Position numbers and translations under genes: made by a program. Positions 51,687 through 56,641 of a stretch of DNA of 56,641 nt are shown in pieces; position 1 is the stretch's first letter, and each line of letters opens with the position of its first letter. Below the pieces are notes generated by a model. That model had not been told where the DNA came from. It ran no database searches and worked only from the letters and a program-made list of their open reading frames with translations. The stretch lies in the NCBI GenBank assembly GCA_043228905.1, contig JBHGNT010000190.1, positions 1 to 56,641 of the forward strand, read 5' to 3'. This DNA is from Azolla caroliniana. Taxonomy: Eukaryota; Plantae; Polypodiophyta.

Positions 51687-54600
51687 ATGGTTCTCTGGCT
51701 CTTCAGATGGCCACAAAAAAGCTTCACAAACGCCCCTTGTCTCACACAGAAACGCAGTGTGCATAGTGATTCCGAGATCAGTGCTGCCCAACCTAGCCCG
51801 TATACTTTTGTATGTCTTCTAAAAGCGTGTGGAAGTATTTCTGATGTTCAAGAAGGTATGAAGCTCCACATGAATGCAGAAGAGAGAGATTTTACGCGGG
51901 ACGTCTATGTGGGAAGCACTCTCGTGAGTATGTATGGAAAGTGTGGAAGTTTACCGGACGCAGAATGTGTGTTCTTTCATTTGCCACAACGCAATGTAGT
52001 GTCATGGAATGCAATGCTCGCCTCTTACGTTTGGAATAGTGCGTCAGAGAAGGCGATCAAGCTTTACCGACAGATGCACGAGGAAGGTGTAAATGCAAAC
52101 CCTCTTACTTTTGTGGCTGTCCTCAAAGCATGCAGCTTTGATGCTATTGCTGATGCTGATGATGGTTCGGAGAAAAGATTGAGCTCTTGCCAAATAGGAC
52201 GAGCACTACATTCGGATGCTCGTAGGAAGCTTTTGGCATCAAACGCATTTGTTGCAAACACACTTCTTAGCATGTATAGCCGATGTAAATGTGCTAATGA
52301 AGCAGAAAATGTGTTCCTTGGGCTATCAGCACGAAGTATCATTTCATGGAATGTGATGCTCTCCTTATATATGGAGCAAAACGAATGTGTGAAAGCGCTC
52401 CAATTGTACAGGAAATTACATGAGGAAGGTATGGATCCAGACCATGAAACTATGATGCTTGCCCTGCAAGCATGTTACAGTTTCGAAGAGAAAGGAGAGA
52501 CCATAGCAAAAAGAACGGTTCCTGTCAAGATCTGCCAAGCAATACAGGTTGATGCTTGGAAGAAGGGATTCAGATCTGATGTCATTATTGGAACCATGCT
52601 TATAAGCATGTACAGCAAGTATGATGACATTGCAGAAGCTGAGAGTATTTTTGCTGCATTATTAGAGCCTGATATTGTGGCTTGGAATGCCATGCTCTCA
52701 GGGTATGTTAAGCATCAGCAAGAGCATAATGCTTTTAAATTGTATGCACAAATGCAGGAAGAAAGCATATGCCCGGATGAGTGGACATTTGTGGCCTGTG
52801 TTCAAGCATGTGCCAGCCTTGCATCGAAGGAAGAATCAACCAGACAGATATCACTAGAGATTGGCCGGGCACTACATGCTAATGCGAGGAGGAAAGGGTT
52901 TGAGGCAAGAATCTATGTGAGCAATGCCCTTATAAGTATGTATGGGAAATGTGGAAACATACCAGCAGCAGAGAACGTGTTCAGGAGGATGCTAGAGCAT
53001 GACATTATCTCCTTGAATGCATTGCTCTCAGTGTATGTGGAGCAGGGCCAAGAGAATCTGGCTCTGCAGTTTTACTTACAAATGCATAGCAAAGGTCTGG
53101 TTCCAGATGTGATGGGCCTTGCGACAGCTCTGCAAGCATGTGGAGATTTTGTTGATAGAGAAGAACCTTTTGTACTGAAAGGAAGCTCAACTAAATATAT
53201 ATTCCTGAAGATTGGAAGGGCATTACATGCCGATGCCTTGCTCAAGGGATTTGACTCAAATATGTTTGTTAGAAGCACTCTTATAAGTATGTACACTAGG
53301 TGTGGAAAAATAATAGAAGCAGAGAATGTCTTTCTCAAGGCACCCAAGCAAGATGTTGTGTTATGCAATGTCATGCTTTCTGCCTATCTTGAGCATAGAC
53401 AAAGAAAGATGTCCTTACAGTTGTTCAGGTTAATGCAGGAACAGAGTTTCTATCACGATGATGAACGGACAATTGTCCTTGCACTGAAAGCTTGTTGTCT
53501 CGATGCTGATGATTTGATCGGAGGGAAGATTAATGTAGAATCCTGCTTGGAAATTGGCCAGGCAGTGCATACTCATGCCTGGACAAAGGGTTTTACGTCA
53601 AACATCTTTGTTGCATGTACCCTAATTAGTATGTATAGTAGGTGTGGATGTATGCTTAAAGCTGAATATGTATTTGAGAAAATAACAAAGAGAAATGTTG
53701 TGGTGTGGAATACAATGCTCTCAGCATATTTGGAGAGAGGTGAAGGACGGAAGACTTTGCAGCTCTACAGAGAGATGCAGCTGGAGGGTGTAAAACCAGA
53801 TCAACAGACCTTGGTCACTGCCCTTCAAGCATGTTGTACCCTTGCTGAGAAGGGGACTGCTGAGAAACAAGGGAGGCCAATGAAAAAGGTTGTGTTGGAA
53901 ATTGGCCAGGCACTTCATGTCGATGCCATGAACATCAAAGGTGCCTCCACAGATGCATTTGTTGGCAGCGCTCTTGTCACTATGTATGGCAACTGCAATG
54001 CTGCATGTGAAGCAGAAGCTACATTTTACAGCCTTCTTGAGCATAGCCTTGTCACATGGAATGCAATGATTTGCATATACGTCGAACAGAACAATTATGA
54101 GAAAGCTATACACCTCTACGTGCAAATGATCAAGGATGACCAGATGATCAATGATGTCACACTCGTTTGTATCCTACAAGCTTTCATAGGAATCGGGAGC
54201 TTGGAGGCATGTTACCAGATTAATTTCATCATTGTTCTTGGTGAAAATTATTCATGCCCTCTTCTGTCAACTAGTCTCATCCATGCATACGGGAGCTCTG
54301 CATGCATGACAGATGCCGAGGCAATTTTGAATGGGCTGTTTCAGCCTGATGTTGTGTCTTGGAGCTCGTGCATTGCGGGTTTTGGGCGGGAGGGAAACTA
54401 TGAAACAAGCATCCAGTTTTTAGAGAAAATGAACATAGAAGGCATTGCAGCAGATGAACTGACATATTGTTCATTTCTCTCTAGCTGCAGTCATACTGGC
54501 CATGTTGAGAAGGGTTTTGAAATATTTGTGTCAATGATCAAAGACTCAGCTATAATACCAGAGTTGAAACATTATGCCAGCATAATAGACCTCCTTGGAC

Positions 54601-54851
54601 GTGCAGGTAAGTGCGCAAAAGCTGAAGAAGTATTACAAAAATCCCCAATGCAACCTGACCTTGCTGTTTGGTTAAGCCTGCTTAGTGCATGTTGTCTACA
54701 TAGCAATGTGGAGGTTGCAAGACATGCGTTCATTTCTGCAGTCCGTCTTCAACCTGGCGACCCTGCTGGTTATGCCTTGATGGAAAATATTTACAGACAA
54801 TGTGATTCCATGGACAAATCGTATGGAGTGGACCATGTTGCCCACATATAG
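51687..54851 (+). CDS. PLS-class PPR protein with long-L (LL-type) motifs, E subgroup (no DYW)
   Basis: Intronless 1054-aa ORF with repeated VVSWNAML / ALQAC...IGRALH / LISMYGKCG triplets. Terminal P2-L2-S2 and E motifs (PDLAVWLSLLSAC; AGYALMENIY). No E+ or DYW before the stop. Confidence 0.93.
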   Translation: MVLWLFRWPQKSFTNAPCLTQKRSVHSDSEISAAQPSPYTFVCLLKACGSISDVQEGMKLHMNAEERDFTRDVYVGSTLVSMYGKCGSLPDAECVFFHLPQRNVVSWNAMLASYVWNSASEKAIKLYRQMHEEGVNANPLTFVAVLKACSFDAIADADDGSEKRLSSCQIGRALHSDARRKLLASNAFVANTLLSMYSRCKCANEAENVFLGLSARSIISWNVMLSLYMEQNECVKALQLYRKLHEEGMDPDHETMMLALQACYSFEEKGETIAKRTVPVKICQAIQVDAWKKGFRSDVIIGTMLISMYSKYDDIAEAESIFAALLEPDIVAWNAMLSGYVKHQQEHNAFKLYAQMQEESICPDEWTFVACVQACASLASKEESTRQISLEIGRALHANARRKGFEARIYVSNALISMYGKCGNIPAAENVFRRMLEHDIISLNALLSVYVEQGQENLALQFYLQMHSKGLVPDVMGLATALQACGDFVDREEPFVLKGSSTKYIFLKIGRALHADALLKGFDSNMFVRSTLISMYTRCGKIIEAENVFLKAPKQDVVLCNVMLSAYLEHRQRKMSLQLFRLMQEQSFYHDDERTIVLALKACCLDADDLIGGKINVESCLEIGQAVHTHAWTKGFTSNIFVACTLISMYSRCGCMLKAEYVFEKITKRNVVVWNTMLSAYLERGEGRKTLQLYREMQLEGVKPDQQTLVTALQACCTLAEKGTAEKQGRPMKKVVLEIGQALHVDAMNIKGASTDAFVGSALVTMYGNCNAACEAEATFYSLLEHSLVTWNAMICIYVEQNNYEKAIHLYVQMIKDDQMINDVTLVCILQAFIGIGSLEACYQINFIIVLGENYSCPLLSTSLIHAYGSSACMTDAEAILNGLFQPDVVSWSSCIAGFGREGNYETSIQFLEKMNIEGIAADELTYCSFLSSCSHTGHVEKGFEIFVSMIKDSAIIPELKHYASIIDLLGRAGKCAKAEEVLQKSPMQPDLAVWLSLLSACCLHSNVEVARHAFISAVRLQPGDPAGYALMENIYRQCDSMDKSYGVDHVAHI

Positions 54852-54926
54852 GGTTCTTGTACCATCAATGAGGACAACATATTGAAACTTGTACGAGTTA
54901 ACAAACTTGATCGAAAAGACCCTGAA

Positions 54927-55217
54927 ACCATTGAAACCATTGGACCAGACGTAACTAAGAAATTTGGAGAGATAGTGAGGTCATGATGTCCAGGATTATC
55001 AGATCTTTGATATGTGAATCCAGCAGCAGCCTCAATGTCAAATGACATGTTGTATTAATGTAGATATTGCCACAAAGTTGTATAAACATGACCATTGAAA
55101 CCATTGGACCAGACCTAACTAATAAATTTGGAGAGATAGTGAGGTCATGATGTCCAGGATTATCAGATCTTTGATATGCAAATCCAGCAGCAGCCTCAAC
55201 GTCAAATGACATGTTGT
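54927..55217 (+). repeat. 127-bp direct repeat (period 164 bp) just 3' of the second PPR gene
   Basis: ACCATTGAAACCATTGGACCAGAC...GTCAAATGACATGTTGT at 54927-55053 and 55091-55217, with few substitutions. Confidence 0.92.
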
Positions 55218-56641
55218 GAGCCCAACAATGCATTATTGGACGTTTTTTTGAATCAGGCATGTTATGTCTAATCCTCATTTATTTGCATGTGATAAACCCG
55301 AATTTATACATTCATAAAAGCAATACTAACAGAGAACATTCTGTGCAGCTAATCTCAGATGGATTTTCTGCATTCAATTTATGTCTGCATGGAAGTATCA
55401 GTTCATTATTCCAAGCACAAGACTCCAAAGCTTAGGCATTGAAATGTACACATATTTGTTTGGATTTTTGTCGCTACCAACATCTTTTGACTATCCAGAA
55501 GATCTTCAATACTTCAGAGATCAGCAACAATAAAGTTCATATTTAGAGGGCAAGAAAATATTCATGGGCAAGCAATTATAGATGCAAAAAATACAATGAA
55601 TGGAAAAGATTCAGAACAGTACGGAAGAAGTATGGCGCAAATACTGCACCATGGGCTCTTTCTCAAAACTACATGATTAACCGAAGGCTAAATATGTAAT
55701 GGGAAGTAATACACAACTATCGGTAGTGCTTGATAGGGCAAGCTGTAGTATAACTTGGACATTATATCCACACACATCCACAAGAAGATGGAAATTTATT
55801 TTTCACGTCTTGATTCTGGCAAAGTGTTGGTGATCCATTTTCATAATGTTTTAGTTTCCTTTGAAGTCTTCACATCCCACAACCACCTCCCTCTGGCCTT
55901 GATGGCCTTGTGCACGTCACTAACATTAGCAACCAAGGAAGATGCAACATAATAATCAGGCCACAGAATAATTTTCAAGATGAATTATTGTCATTTATTT
56001 AAGAACCAGCTTAACAAGTGTATCGTATGCCTGAGCATTGTCTCGCTATGTTAGATACAAAATCAAGGAAATTTTTCTCAATGGAAAATATGTACAGTAA
56101 TTTTAAATTAAAAGGTAAATTTAGAGGATTTGATCGATTCTCTACAGGAGTTTTAGATCTGCTTAATCAACCCTCCTGCAAATCATGGTAAAGGTAGCCA
56201 AGACATCATTCTAAGAGTTTCAGATTGATTAACTAAAGTATGTAAGTAGCAGTAAAATGATACAGTCAATTTCAAAGTTACACCATCTCAACAAAACTGG
56301 AATATGCAACAAATGGCAATTCAACAATTCAAAGTAATTCAAGTGTTTAAACAGAATCTCGTTACAAAATATTATGGTTTTTAAACAAAAAAGCTTATAG
56401 ATCTGTTCATGCCTCAGTTGCTGCCAATCTCCAAAATAAAGGCTGATAATGCCTCATTCCCCCTTTCAATGCAGGACTAAGTTTAAGCTTCCTCATCCAA
56501 ATGCAACAGCACCACAATTTTGTATAAACTGTTCTCAATTCAAATACCATTCAGTATATATAAGCAACCAATATGTGTAGGCTGCCATTTAACTGCATGC
56601 AAGCAGCAAGCTTTGTTAATGGAGCTGTTAGTGCACCATAT

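Noticed and set aside
55860-55925. Possible last exon of a minus-strand gene (TAG|TG ACG TGC...TCTRPSRPEGGGCGM*)
   Set aside because: Too short, no homologue recognised, and no upstream exon could be linked within the window.
56445-56465. Partial similarity to the miR166 3' end (GCCTCATTCCCC); also a miR408-like CTTCCCTGGC at ~41812
   Set aside because: Only 10-12 nt match, the 5' halves differ, and there is no precursor hairpin.

Overview
Eukaryotic plant nuclear DNA, probably a fern with a compact genome. That assignment is an inference from the fern-type long-L PPR motifs, short introns and 6 genes in 56 kb. Spliced by hand, the genes are: a galectin-domain GT31 Hyp-O-galactosyltransferase (+, 3767-8630), allantoate amidohydrolase AAH (-, 13791-10171), an intronless PLS-E PPR gene (+, ~15062-17614), a CIP7-family gene (+, 31138-38937), a bromodomain gene (+, 42383-49586) and a second intronless PLS-E PPR gene (+, 51687-54851). 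Mobile DNA includes a 4-kb 5'-truncated L1-type LINE with a perfect 16-bp TSD, two much shorter TSD-flanked insertions resembling its 3' end, a 380-bp hAT-type non-autonomous element with an 8-bp TSD, and decayed relics. I found no tRNA, rRNA or CRISPR array, and no convincing wholly new system. The most unusual signals are the LINE insertion with a triplicated target site in a divergent promoter, 3-4 GC-AG introns out of about 34, an intron built from copies of its own exon/intron junction, and the PPR architecture with a readable target code.
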